64,000 nt of DNA from Octopus bimaculoides (taxonomy: Eukaryota), in assembly GCF_001194135.2 (NCBI RefSeq), contig NC_068986.1, positions 9,308,710-9,372,709 of the forward strand, read 5' to 3'. The number at the start of each line of letters is the position of its first letter. Position 1 is the first letter of the stretch. This document shows positions 50,771 to 63,661 of this stretch, one piece after another. The notes under the pieces were generated by a model. The model saw only the letters and a program-made list of their open reading frames with translations. It had not been told where the DNA came from and made no database searches. A program made the translations under genes and the position numbers.

Positions 50771-52680
50771 AACCAATACCCTTTACTAGGTTTTTTGTTT
50801 GAATTCCAGGTTTCTATTTCCATGCATAGTTAATAGAGAGAAGAGTAGCATAAAGTTTATATTCCAACATTTTCAATGTCGTGTTTGGATTCTGGAAATC
50901 TCTAAAACCTATTCTAACATCATAACTATTCTTCATTGTTCTCTAACTGAACATTTAAGGTGGCTACGAATGCTGCCCTACCCCATCCTTGGAAAGATAT
51001 GTTTGTGTGCACTTTTGTCTCGACATCCCATAGTGGTGGTAAATGAGCATCACTGTTATACAAGCGGGGTTAAGGGACAAACCTGCTTTGCTAACAGATG
51101 GGAGATGGCAACAAGATGGTCATCTGGTTGTAGAAAATTTGCCTCAGTAAAATCCATCCGACTCATGCAAGCATGAAAAACTAGATGTTTAAACAATAAT
51201 GATGATGATAATATTTGAAATTCATCAAGACTAAATTACTCTCAATGTAGTGAAAAGATTTTATAAAAATGGTTTACTGTAAAGTTCCAGTGTTTTCTTA
51301 ATAATGGTTATTATTTAAAACCCTTTAGCATTCAGATTACTCTGTCAAATGGAATGCTTATTTATTCATATTGTTTTGAAGTAATCAATCATTATCGCAT
51401 TACTCCAAGATTTTGATAATATTATTGTTTATTTTCAGTATGACATTATCGGGTTGATGGGAGAGGCCAGATCTGGCCAGTTAGAACATAAATTAGAATA
51501 TATTAGCCAGATCTGGCTGCTTTAAGCTCTAAAGAGTTAATGTAGTTGTATGAACAAAAAAAGCCACCTCATGATTTCTCTCAGACTGTTTTCTCTTTAT
51601 AGTTAACATGTGTCCTCTCAATATATGGTCTGACTACCCCCCCCTCTCATCTCAAACTTGCATAGATGGCTGCCTTCTCAGCCTCACTTTTATTTGTATT
51701 TTACATTACTTACACCCTCTCCTTCTCTTCAAATTTTTCATACTTTTCTTCCATTTTCTTTTTTTTTTTTTTTTTTTTCACAATTTAGAACTTTATTTAT
51801 TTTAAGCCAGTTCTTTGATATATATCACTGAAATCTTTTTTGAATAATATTTTTCTCTCGTTCTGTTTTCTTTCTATTTCTCTCTAGCAACTTGTTGTTC
51901 ACTTGTCCTTGTAGAAGTCTCCTAATTTGGCGATAACTCCTATCTTATTCAACCTGATAGTCTTTTGATATTTTTAGTAGATTTTCTTTTGCTAATTAAC
52001 CTAAATTGTGTTAGCTCTCCATTTACTTTTGCTAACTTCTGTAAAGCCTGCAACTTGCACTGGTTTATGCCAGATTACTTGCAGTTGTTATTTATGGCAA
52101 TTGAAATCAATCTCTCAGTCACAACAACTTTCTGCTACTCATTACTTAATAATCTTTGTTTACTATTCATCTAATACACACTGGCTAAACAGAGATGAAA
52201 ATTCTACCATCTATTTACTTATTTATTTACTTGTGTTTCTCTCTGTTCTTCCTCGCTCTCTTTTTGTCTTGCAAATATGAAATTAATTATCTTTTGTTAT
52301 TGTAGGAAAACTGTGACAGTTTTGTAAATGAATAAATCTGCAAATCTGTCTAGGTTCACAGGGGTGTTAAAATCCCCAAACTGGTGATAGACTTGCCTTT
52401 GTGTGAAACGCTATTGTCGTGTGACATTTTCATTTCAACATGGAATAAACTGTTAATTTATCAAGATAGTTGCAAAGATCTGTAAACCTTGTATGGGTTT
52501 ATGTTAGTGTAAGACTATTTAGGGATTTAACTGAAGAAGCAAAATTAAATTTAGTGAGTTTTTTTCAGGTCTTTGACATAGTTTTGAATTCATATGATAA
52601 ATAACAATAAACCAACACTGATAAAGTTTTATCATTTATTTAATGATTTTTTCCCCTGTTTTTTTTCTTTTTTTCTTTTT

Positions 52681-52736
<56 letters not shown>

Positions 52737-53029
52737 CAATTATTCTCTTTGTTTACTCAGCATTTATTTCATAAATTTGATAAGATTAAATATTAGGTCT
52801 GTAGATATTTCCCTGATAGTGCTGCATGTGATAACTCTTTCAATAAATGTCAATTTTTCGCTGTCAATTGGAAATCATCTTTTTTTCTCTCTTTTGTTTG
52901 TATGTGATGATGATAATGATGATCCTCTCCTCTTCATCATCATCACTGTTGTCATCACCATCATCATCATTGTCATCAAGCCTAGCTTTGATTAAAATGT
53001 TTCAGTTTCTCAATCTTTTTTCTCAATAG

Positions 53030-53570
53030 TTTCCATCCACCCACCCATCCATCCATCCATCTTCTCCACCCACTTTTCCTGGGAAGGTCATGGCGAGTAG
53101 ACTCTTCGGGCACCTCCTCCATTTTGTCCAATCAGAAGCAACTGTCATTAGACTTTCTGGCTGGATTACAAAGTGTGACCAACTGAGACTATGGCTATTA
53201 TCCAACCCACTTGGTCTTGCACTACTCTGCAGGTCTCCTCCCAGTTGGCTCAGCTTGAAGAATCTGTCTTTTGATTATTTCTTGCAGCATTTTAATCACA
53301 TATCCATAGTCCTGGAGCTTTGGCCTCTCAATGCAGAGAAGTGGTGGCTTGACTTGGGGAGGCTCTCTGAGTAACGCATTCTCTCAAATAATATTACTCC
53401 AGAGATCCTTGGTAGGAACCTCATTTTGGCTGCTTTTATTCCTGATCCATACTCTTTTGATCATTGCCTGACATGATCTATGTTTTCTTTGGCCTTACAT
53501 TACCAGGCATGTCATCTGCCAACAATGTGCCTATTGTCCAAAACAAAACTGAATGTCACAAAGCAATAAA
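53030..53570 (-). mobile_element. RTE-clade LINE 3' fragment
   Basis: The minus strand reads IKAAKMRFLPRISGVILFERMR and then KLQDYGYVIKMLQEIIKRQILQAEPTGRRP, matching the I-AAEMRFLRRI and G-R--GRP motifs of RTE ORF ends. Confidence 0.7.
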
Positions 53571-55652
53571 CAGGACACATGGGGCATTAGAATAATATAT
53601 ACAGAAGAGCATGGCTGTGTGGGGAAAAGTTTGCTTCCCAACCACAAGGTTTCGGGTTCAGGTACAGTGTGCAACTGGAAACATTTGGGCAAGTGTTTTT
53701 ACTATTGCCCCTTGGTCAACCAAAACCTTGAGTGAATTTGGTAGACAGAAACTTAAAGAAACTCACTGTGTGTGTGTGTCTCCATGCATATGTGTGTGTG
53801 TGTATGTGTGTATATATTCTTTTATTCTTTTACTTATTTCAGTCATTTAACTGGGTCCATGCTGGAGCACCACCTTTAGTCGAACAAATCAACCCCAGAT
53901 CTTATTCTTTGTAAGCCTAGTACTTATTCTATCGGTCTCTTTTGTTGAACTGCTAAGTTACGGGGACATAAACACACCAACATCAGTTGTCAAGCGATGG
54001 TGGGGGAGATATATATATATGATGGGATTCTTTCAGTTTCCCTCTACCAAATCTATTCACAAGGCTTTGGTCAGCCCAAGGCTATAGAAGACATTTGCCC
54101 AAGGTGCCACACAACCCAGAACCATGTGGTTGGGAAGCAAACTTCTTACCACACAACCACTCCTATATTTAAATATTGCGTGTGTGTGTGTGTGTGTGAG
54201 ATGTTAACTCGCACATACATATGTTTATATGTGTGTGTGTTAATTTCTCCTTGTGTGATAGTTGTAAACAAGCTTCATAGAAAATAAATCACACAGTCAG
54301 TATGACAACCTTCTGTGAAACCTGTTTGGCCATTGGGAATATATCACCTTGTTTGGAAACAGGTAAGGGTTGGTGACAGGAAGGGTGTCCAGCTGTCCAA
54401 AATTTGCCTGAATAAACTCCATTCAATCCTTATAAACATGGAAAAGTGGACATTAAGATGCTAACGATACAGAATAATATGCAAATAGTGGTGCATTTAA
54501 TTGCACTATTTGGATATATTTTGCTGCACCATCATCATCATTGAAAAAATGCCAATTTGTCTCAGAGAATTTGAATGTAGAAGGATACAATGAAATATAT
54601 TACGGCATCTGTTTTAGCATATTTACCATTCTAATAGATTAATAAATATTTACAGAATTTAGAATATTCCCTGTTGTGGTATGATTAATGACAGAATTGG
54701 TTTCAGTGGAATTCATGCTGAGACACAAGCATGGCTGTGTGATTAAGAAGTTCATTTCCTAACTACATGGTTCCAGGTTCAGTTCCACTGCATGGCACCT
54801 TGGATAAGTGTTTTCCACTATAGCCCTAGGCCAACCAAAACTGTGTGAGATTTGGTCGGGGAAGACTGAAAGAAACCTGTCGTGTGTGTGTGTGTGTTTG
54901 CATTACTGTCTCTTTACCTTGACATTTTGTGAAAGTTATAAACGAGCTTCACCATCTTGCACATAGCATCTTCATTTCCAATCTTGTGTGAAAACGTATT
55001 TAGTCATGGAGAAATATTACCTTTCCTGGAAATAGGTAAAGATTGGCAAAAGGGAGGGCCTCTGACCATAGAAAATCTGCTTCAGTGAAATTCTGTCCAA
55101 GCCATGCAAACCTAGAGAAGTGGGTGTTAAAATGATGGGGATTTTATATTTAGTCACCACAGTGTTCATAGATTCTTACTTATCTCTATACTTGGACTAT
55201 TTCTATATCTTCTGCATCTTCAAATTATTCTCGCTTATAAAATGCTAATTTCAGTCATAAAAGGCTGCCATTTTCTCTCTCTGACACCTCATTTTATTAA
55301 ATTTATCCATTCTGTCCATTCCATTTTCTCTCATTGCATGAACTGGCTCTGGAGAGTTATTAGGTTTTCTCATGAGACCAATATCTCATCTTGTCGTTCT
55401 GTATTCACAACAACAGCTCAATATTCACTCACAATTCCCAATATGGATTTGCCATTCAGAAGAATTAATACCAATTTCATTTGTTATTCCTTTTTATTAT
55501 TTAACACAGTGAGAGACAGTGAGTCAGCAGAATCATCAGTACTTTGGACAAATACTTAATGGCATTAGTGGTCTGGAAATTGAGCCCATGGTCTGGCACT
55601 TGTCAGTGCAACACCCTAATTCCTGGGAAGAAGACAAACAAAATCTAAAATA

Positions 55653-55947
55653 CATTATTTACATTTGATGGATATTTGTCCTCATCTTGTTTGTTGTTAA
55701 CACATTTCGGCTGATATACCCTCCAACCTTCATCAGGTGTCTTGGCGAAATTTTGAACCGAGGTTCTCATTCCTAAGGTATTTTTCAATGTTATTATTAT
55801 TATTATTTCCCCAAGACACCTGATGAAGGCTAGAGAGTATATCAGCTGAAATGTTGTGCTAACAACAAAGATGAGGACAAGTATCCATCAAATGTAAATA
55901 ATGTTAATAAATGTACATAATTCCTCATCTCTTAAATATAGAACTGT
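55653..55947. mobile_element. Short PLE-type insertion made of two inverted hammerhead-bearing repeats, 13-bp TSD
   Basis: TSD AAAATCTAAAATA at 55640-55652 and 55948-55960. The left arm (55653-about 55750) is the reverse complement of the right arm starting at about 55806, and an (ATT)n tract lies at the junction. Confidence 0.8.
55815..55860 (+). ncRNA. Decayed minimal hammerhead motif (second copy on the minus strand at 55699-55741)
   Basis: The + copy reads GACAC-CTGATGA-A-GGCT agagagtatatc AGCT-GAAA-TGTT-GTGCT. The - copy reads GACAC-CTGATGA-A-GGTTG gagggtatat CAGCC-GAAA-TGTGTT. Both are damaged around stem III. Confidence 0.6.
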
Positions 55948-56488
55948 AAAATCTAAAATATTAACAAAGTCTTGGTTGAATATTAAATATTTCCTTCAAT
56001 ATCTAGCTAGAAAAAAAAGAAAAGAAATTGTACCAGTAGGGGCAGGCCTGGCTGTGTGGTGAGAAGTTTGCTTCCCAACTATACGGTCCCAGGTTCAGTC
56101 TCACTGCATGGCACCTTGGGCAAGCGTCTTCTACTATAGCCTCGGACAGACCAAAACCTTTTGGAGTTGATGCTTAAACTTGAAAATATGTGAACCTTTC
56201 TTGAATGTTTGAGATAAAAATTTGGATGATTCTTCAAATGCTTGCAATTTATGTAATTGGTATCAGCCGAAGGAAATTAGTTGGTCTTTAATACACATTG
56301 AGATCAGAATATAATTTTCTCTCTGTTCTCCCTCAAATATACAAATACTGTGTAGAGGATTTGAGCTGGTGGTGGTTGTAAAAGTACTCTTCTTAATGTC
56401 TTACACTCATTCCTACCATTTTTGGATAAATGTTGTGTTTTACTTTGTTTTGCAAGATTCTTGATGGGAATTTGTGTGTTGAAACAAA

Positions 56489-56841
56489 TCTTATTGTGTC
56501 TTGGGAGGGACATTACACCCAATAATTATAAACACATACACACTGGTTCAATTCCACTTTATTGTTTGTCAATTGGATAAAATCCAAACAACTCACTAAT
56601 CAATCTTTGATTAATGTGTTGATTAAATAATTAATCTCAAGATGATATATCATTGATGAGGTTGCAAATAACAACAAAAGGACTTTGACAAACAAACAAC
56701 CAGCACATTAAACAAACGATTGATTAGTTAGTTGGTTAGATATTTAACCAATTGACTAACTAAAGAAGTGATATTTGTGTGTGTGTGTGTGTGTGTGTTT
56801 ATAATATTTGGTGTAATGACCCTCCCAAGACACAACAAGAA
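56489..56841. repeat. Degenerate fold-back element
   Basis: 'ttgtgtcttgggagggacattacacc' (about 56494) pairs with 'ggtgtaatgaccctcccaagacacaa' (about 56810). An inner arm 'gtcaattggataaaatcc...ttaatgtg' pairs with 'cacatt...ccaattgac' (56704-56756). Confidence 0.8.
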
Positions 56842-59829
56842 GTGTTGTGTTTTAGCTATGGAAATGTACAGATAGCTGTTGCAAATAATTTACCATTAAA
56901 TGTCTTTTGTACTGCTAATCACTCGATCATAACATATGAGTAATAGCTGTTATGTAGCCAGAGAAAACTGAAATAAGCTGGGTAATGTACTTTGGCTAAG
57001 GTAAAGCAACTCAATTAATCAATTACTTAGAATTGATTAACAGTCAAACCATAGAAAGTCATGTATTGGAATTATTCAGTTCTGATTAGTCCATTTTACA
57101 AGCAACAGAGAGAACAAATGACTATTGGTAGTCATTTATTGGTGGATGTCTATTGAAACTTGTTGAAATGAATTATAACAAAACCTGTTTAAATTAGAGC
57201 AAAACCTGTTTAAAAGGTTAGGATGGCGTTACCATTAAAATGGCGAGTCTTGTATTATATGGAAGGAATACTCTCAAAACATGAATGAGACTTGTGATTT
57301 TGAAATAGAAAATAGAAAATGTTTTATTAAAAGAAATTAAGTGTCAAGGGAAGGATTACAGCTGTTTCTATTGTGTGTACAGCTTTGAGTTAACATCTTA
57401 AATCTATTCGCAAAGTGCTTCACAAATCCATAAAAATGTTCTTAAATTCAACACAAAATTTGAGTAGGCATTGATTAAAACCTTGAATAGTTGTTTAAAA
57501 ACAAAATCTTTCAAACCGTCTAAACAGCCATCTCCTCATTATTATTCCTGTGGCATGTAAACAGCCCCATTTGAGTGTGGCTGATGTCAGTGTCACCTGA
57601 CTGGCTCCCGTTCTGGTGGCACATAAAAAGCACCCACTACACTCTCGGAGTGGTTGGCGTTAGGAGGGGCATCCAGCTTTAGAAACCTTGCCAAATCAGA
57701 TTGAAACCTGGTGCAGTCTACCAGTTTACCAATCCTCAGTCAAACCATCCAACCCATGCCAGCATGGAAAGTGGACGTTAAATGACGACGACGATGATAC
57801 TTGCTGTTCTTTCTAGCATTGTTAAGAAGTACTAATATACTTCTTCTTCTTCAGTGATCTTTTTGGCAGTTATCAAATCTTTTGATACCAACCTGTTTGG
57901 ACTGCCCTGCCTCTAGGATACAAATGTCCTCTTTAAAGAGATCTAAATTAAAACTTTGCCTCAAAATTTCTTGCTAACTTATGTTCCAAACAATAACAGT
58001 TATTTTGATAAAGACTTCATTATTTTCAAAATTCATTTAAACAAAGACAATATCTCTACTGTTTAGTATTTAAATCTGTAATAAGAAGCACTTAGAAACA
58101 ACAAGGAAAATATAATTTTTTTCTTTCTGTGTATAATAATCCTTTTGTCATTTGTGCATAGAACCATAGTTTTACATGAGAATCTCTGATTTAACCATTT
58201 AGCATTCATGTTATTCTGTCAAAAGTAATGCTTATTCATTCACATTGTTTTGAATTAATCATGCATTTATCTCATAGCTTTGTGAGTTAATAAAGTAACT
58301 ATGAATTTTTACAATGTAGGGTTGGCATGAGAGGCCAAATATGGCCAGTTAGAACATAAAACAGGTGAAATATTTTGGCTGGATTTGACCGGATTAAATG
58401 CTAAAAGGTTAATCTCACCATTTTTGGATTTGGTTTTGTGGTCAAGATTCCAGTTCAGCAAGAGCTTTGACTTTTGTTCCTTGGTAAAATATGTTAACAA
58501 TTCTCATAAATGATATATAAATTATATTTTAATGAAAAGGTTATGAAATGCATAAGATTTAATCTTGTGCTTCCTGGTGGCTAAATCTTACCAAAAGCTG
58601 TCAAACTTGCCTCTTCATACCTCTAGAGTTTTACAACTGGACAGTTTCATTAGTCAGAAAATTACTATTTTTAAATCTCACAACGAGAGATATTCAGCAG
58701 CAGTACTTTATAGTAAAAATTGTTTGCCAACATAACATGGCAGTCCTGGTTTAGGACGAATGTTGCTGTAATTTAACTTCAGGAGACATTGTCTCCAGCT
58801 GGCTATACAACACGATCTGTGTCCTTATATTGTTTTGAGCTGAGTGGGGATGCTAGATTCCCTTGTTCGANNNNNNNNNNNNNNNNNNNNNNNNNNNNNN
58901 NNNNNNNNNNNNNNNNNNNNNNNNNNNNNNNNNNNNNNNNNNNNNNNNNNNNNNNNNNNNNNNNNNNNNNNNNNNNNNNNNNNNNNNNNNNNNNNNNNNN
59001 NNNNNNNNNNNNNNNNNNNNNNNNNNNNNNNNNNNNNNNNNNNNNNNNNNNNNNNNNNNNNNNNNNNNNNNNNNNNNNNNNNNNNNNNNNNNNNNNNNNN
59101 NNNNNNNNNNNNNNNNNNNNNNNNNNNNNNNNNNNNNNNNNNNNNNNNNNNNNNNNNNNNNNNNNNNNNNNNNNNNNNNNNNNNNNNNNNNNNNNNNNNN
59201 NNNNNNNNNNNNNNNNNNNNNNNNNNNNNNNNNNNNNNNNNNNNNNNNNNNNNNNNNNNNNNNNNNNNNNNNNNNNNNNNNNNNNNNNNNNNNNNNNNNN
59301 NNNNNNNNNNNNNNNNNNNNNNNNNNNNNNNNNNNNNNNNNNNNNNNNNNNNNNNNNNNNNNNNNNNNNNNNNNCCCCCCCCGCATTTTGGGCCTTGTGC
59401 CTAGAGTAGAAAAGAAAAGATTTCTCCATGGAAGACTGGAAATGTGCAACATCACTTAAATGAGGATGAAACTCTTTTAGTCATCACATGTATGTTTACA
59501 GATATACATCCATATATATATACATTATATAGGTATGCATAACTATGTATGTATGGGAAAGCAAATGTCTTTTCTCTTTCTTCAGATTATCTAACTTTTG
59601 ATAAGTTGCATTCATTTTTAATTAACAATGGCTTATCATTATTGGTTATTTCTACTTCTCAATCCTTTTCTTTTATTAAAAAATAACCTTTGAATGTGAA
59701 AGCAGTGATTGGCCCAAGTCAGAGAATGCCACTACCATACAAGACCATATTTCTGTTTTTAGAGTAGTTAGACTCAGTTTTTCACTCATATTCTTACTTG
59801 TGTACTCATCATTTGTTTGTTCTCTTCAG

Positions 59830-59844
59830 GTTCTAATGTTGACT
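59830..59844 (+). CDS. Candidate 15-nt symmetric (phase 1-1) microexon
   Basis: Acceptor 'tttgtttgttctcttcag' ends at 59829, and the consensus donor GTAAGT is at 59845-59850. Joined to 39510-39528 it reads MADTQE-G-S-N-V-D with no stop. Confidence 0.5.
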
Positions 59845-61750
59845 GTAAGTATTTCATTAAATCTGCTTGATTTTTGTTTGTTTTTTTTTTTCCTGGTAGT
59901 AATTTGTTCTCAAAGAAAATCAATTGAGTTTTTTTTTTCTTCCCTTTTTCCTCCCCCCTCTGTGTGTCTGTTTAAATTTTATCGTGACTCATTGTGACAG
60001 AATGTTGTTTTGATGCATGTCTGCATCCATACACTTTATATACATTATAATAGACATTATACACCTCGTTTCATATCTTGCACCATCAAAAAACAAACAA
60101 AAAAACCCCTCAATTAGGAAGCAACCCATTCATACATCATCAAAAGCTAGATTTTCTTTTAGAATTTTCTCAGATTTTGTCAGAATTGCATTTCTAGCAT
60201 GACCAATTCCACCCCCCCCCTTTTTTTTTTCATCTGTTTTACTTCTTTTGTTTCTTGAAGTGTCATTGCTTGCTTTTCATGCAAGATTTTAGTAGACCTG
60301 TCTTTGTAGCTGAAAGTAAAATTTTCACTATTTAGTCTTTTGTTATGCATTCTATCTTCACTAAATCTATCATTGATATTGTTCGTTGTTGAATGATTTG
60401 AACTTATTGTAAAAAGATGTGTTGTTGATATTTTAAATTAATGCTAATTAAACAATTTGTTGTTTTTGATAAGATTTTGTAAGCTGGAAATTATTTCCTT
60501 TTATTGAAATACTGAATTGAATTAGATGTGCCAGCAGTGTTTCTTTTCTATACTAAAATTTACTATGCAGTATACCCAAAGATTCATTAATCAATTTACT
60601 AGATAAATGAAATAGATGTAAATGTCTGTCTTGCTTATACAACCTCGCTATGTCACCAAAATGATTTCTGTGACAAAACTAAGGGCTGAAAACCTATCAA
60701 ATCTGAAAATTAGTTAATCTGATTTAGCAATAAATCCAGTTTCATGGCAGATTAACCAATTACTGATGAGGCTGTAAGAATAATTGAAATAGTGTTGTCC
60801 AGTTAGTCCCTCTTATAGTGTTCACAATATGATCATATAAACATGACAGATGTTTACATCTCTGTTATATATTGAATAAATTCATTTCATCTTTGATTGA
60901 TAAAATACATTATGAATTAAGTACTGTGGTTGATGGATTCAGATAACACTTTCCCCTCAGAATTGCTGGCCTTGTACCTCCAACATCATCACCGAAGTGG
61001 TGAACTGGCAGAATCATTAACCTGCCACACAAAATGCTTAATGACGTTTCTTTCAGCTTTTTATGTTCTGAATTCAAATGTTGCCAAGGTTCATTTTGTC
61101 TTTCATCTTTTCTGGGTTGATAGAACAAGTACTGGGCTCAGTGCAATTGATGTGACCCCTTTCACCAAAATCCAGGCTTGTGCCTAGAGAAAGAATTATT
61201 ATTATTATCATTATTGAGAGGGCTGCACATACCCTCAAAGTGATACTGGGGTACAAATATATGAAGCCCTCTACACCCATCAGGATTATATATATATATA
61301 GGAAAAAGAAAATGGAGATTGTGGAGTTAATGATAGCTTATTCTCAATAACAAATCGATCATTATCCCCTACAGCGGTTTCAATTACATGCAGTGAATTA
61401 ATTAAATATCAAGTTCATATTTCTGAGCATAATATCTTCAGAGGGAAAAAAAATATACCTTTGGATGTTTTGTATGTTTGTTTATAGGCTCATCACAACA
61501 GACTGAATCAGACTGAATGTGTGTAATTGAAACAGCTGTAAGGGGTAACGGTGGATTTGTGGTTGATAATAAACTCTCATGAACTCCACAATCTCCATTT
61601 TCTTCTTCTTTTATATGAATATAAACTACAGTTTATATACAAACCTATTACTTTAAGGAAATCAATACCCCTGCCCCAAATATTAGGTATTGAACCAGTA
61701 TTTCCTGGGATGACACCATCCCTTCATGAGTCTAACATAACCTCTAACTG

Positions 61751-61794
<44 letters not shown>

Positions 61795-62052
61795 AAGAGT
61801 AACAGAAGCAGTATTAATGACAAAAATTTATCCTCACTTAAAAGTAGATGTTGTGTTAGAACACAGAAAACTGCGATAGTTCTCATGAGAAAACCTTTCA
61901 TGTGAAATTGTGGTGCTTATAAGCACTTATGTTTATATCACTAGTGGATGCTTGTATGCAGTCCACATGAGAGATCCTTCTCAAGGTAAATAAGTTTTCT
62001 ATGTTAACAACACAACATTCACTTTTAAGTAAGGGTAAGTATTATTATTAGT

Positions 62053-62084
<32 letters not shown>

Positions 62085-63661
62085 TATATATGAGATATTC
62101 ATCATCTGAAATTAATGGCTTTCTGGTCAAGTGAAGTTGACAATAAATATTTTCGGTTGATTTGAGAAATATAGCTTTCATCTTTTGTTCTTTCTTCTTC
62201 TGTTTTGGTGACTCAACAACATACTATTCTCGTTAGAAAAGTAATGTGAAGTCAGGACATCAAACATTTGGTGCGTGGGCGTGCGCGCACACACACACAC
62301 ACACACTCTGGTTTTAGATATCAATGTCTTCCTTGTGGCTGGTGTGATACAGTTAATGCAGACACTGGGTTCAAAATGAGTCATCTTTAAACACAAGTCA
62401 CCTCATTTCGTGGCTGAAACTTAGTTTTTACTAAGTAGGGCATTAGAATGGCAAGCAAAATCATCTGTAAGTGCCTCAATAGATTCGGGGATAGAATTTG
62501 AACATATTTTGATAACTCAAGTCTTGTTTTCTGTGAAGCTGATATATTTGGGCAGCATTTTCATTTAGTAATTCTGTTAATTCTCACTGCATGTTGAGTT
62601 TGCAGTCAACCACTTGAACTTCAAAGTGGTTGCTATAATCAAAATGCAATAGACAATGCAATAATTGTGTGTGTGTGTGTGTGTGTCTCAAGTATACCTC
62701 TCATAATATAGTTACAAACAGAATGACACTAGCTGTATGATTTAGTCCTAAAGAAACTCAGAACACAGCTCACTCGGAATGGTGTCAATGGACCCTCAGA
62801 CACTGCTGTTTCAACTTAATTTCATTCCCTCAGTAATGGACATCTCACCGTAGTCATTCTGAGTTGTCATAACTTTCATTCAAATACGGAAATGCAATAT
62901 TATGGAATCTCTATACCATGTTGTTAAGCAATGATTGTAAATAGTCACAGTACTTAATTATATTCTCATCAATCAATTCATTTTTCAAGCCCTCCAGTTG
63001 TTGAAATTAGCAGAGTCGATGCCTAGAAAGCTGTGTCTGATATGGTGCCAACTTAAAAAATAAAATCAATCAACAAGCATTTTTTTGCTTTTCTTGTACC
63101 AACAACATGAAGGTCATTAAGTTTGAATATGTCACTGAGAGAAAAAAAAAAAAAAACATCAAAGAAGCGGATAGTGGAGGGTTTTGAAAAACTTCTATGA
63201 TTGTATTTAACAGCTTGACAAAAATGAAAAACACTGTTGCAATTTGAGAACCATCATACTTTATAGTTTGGTAAGAGAAAGTCTCAGAATCATTATCATT
63301 GTCACAGCCCACTCAAGAGTTGAAATCACCTACAAAGGATGTCAGCTAGGTTGAAAAACTCTAAAGCAAGTTAATATTCCTTGCTTCATCTAATGTAGTT
63401 GATACCAAGTGACTTAATATTTGTTTGTAAGCCTATATTAATATATTCTCATCAAATAACCAAAGAATCTTATTGGTGTTTACGGTTGTCAGAGATTTTC
63501 AGAGATTTTCCCTCTCTTCCATTGCACTGTTACATACTTGGTTTGTGCATCATAGAGTTTTTATTCTTGTATTTTAAGAGCTTCTTTATGAAGCAGCAAT
63601 TTTTTTTCTCAATTCCCACTGGCCAATTGGAACTTTTGACATTGCTAGTACTAATTAGCGT

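Noticed and set aside
51865-52330. Several strong polypyrimidine/AG acceptors (also 23265, 23380 and 59585)
   Set aside because: The frames hit stops quickly or lack a matching donor. They are unsupported without transcript data.
52594-53029. 133-aa ORF
   Set aside because: It is built from (CA)n, (CAT)n and poly-T low-complexity sequence.
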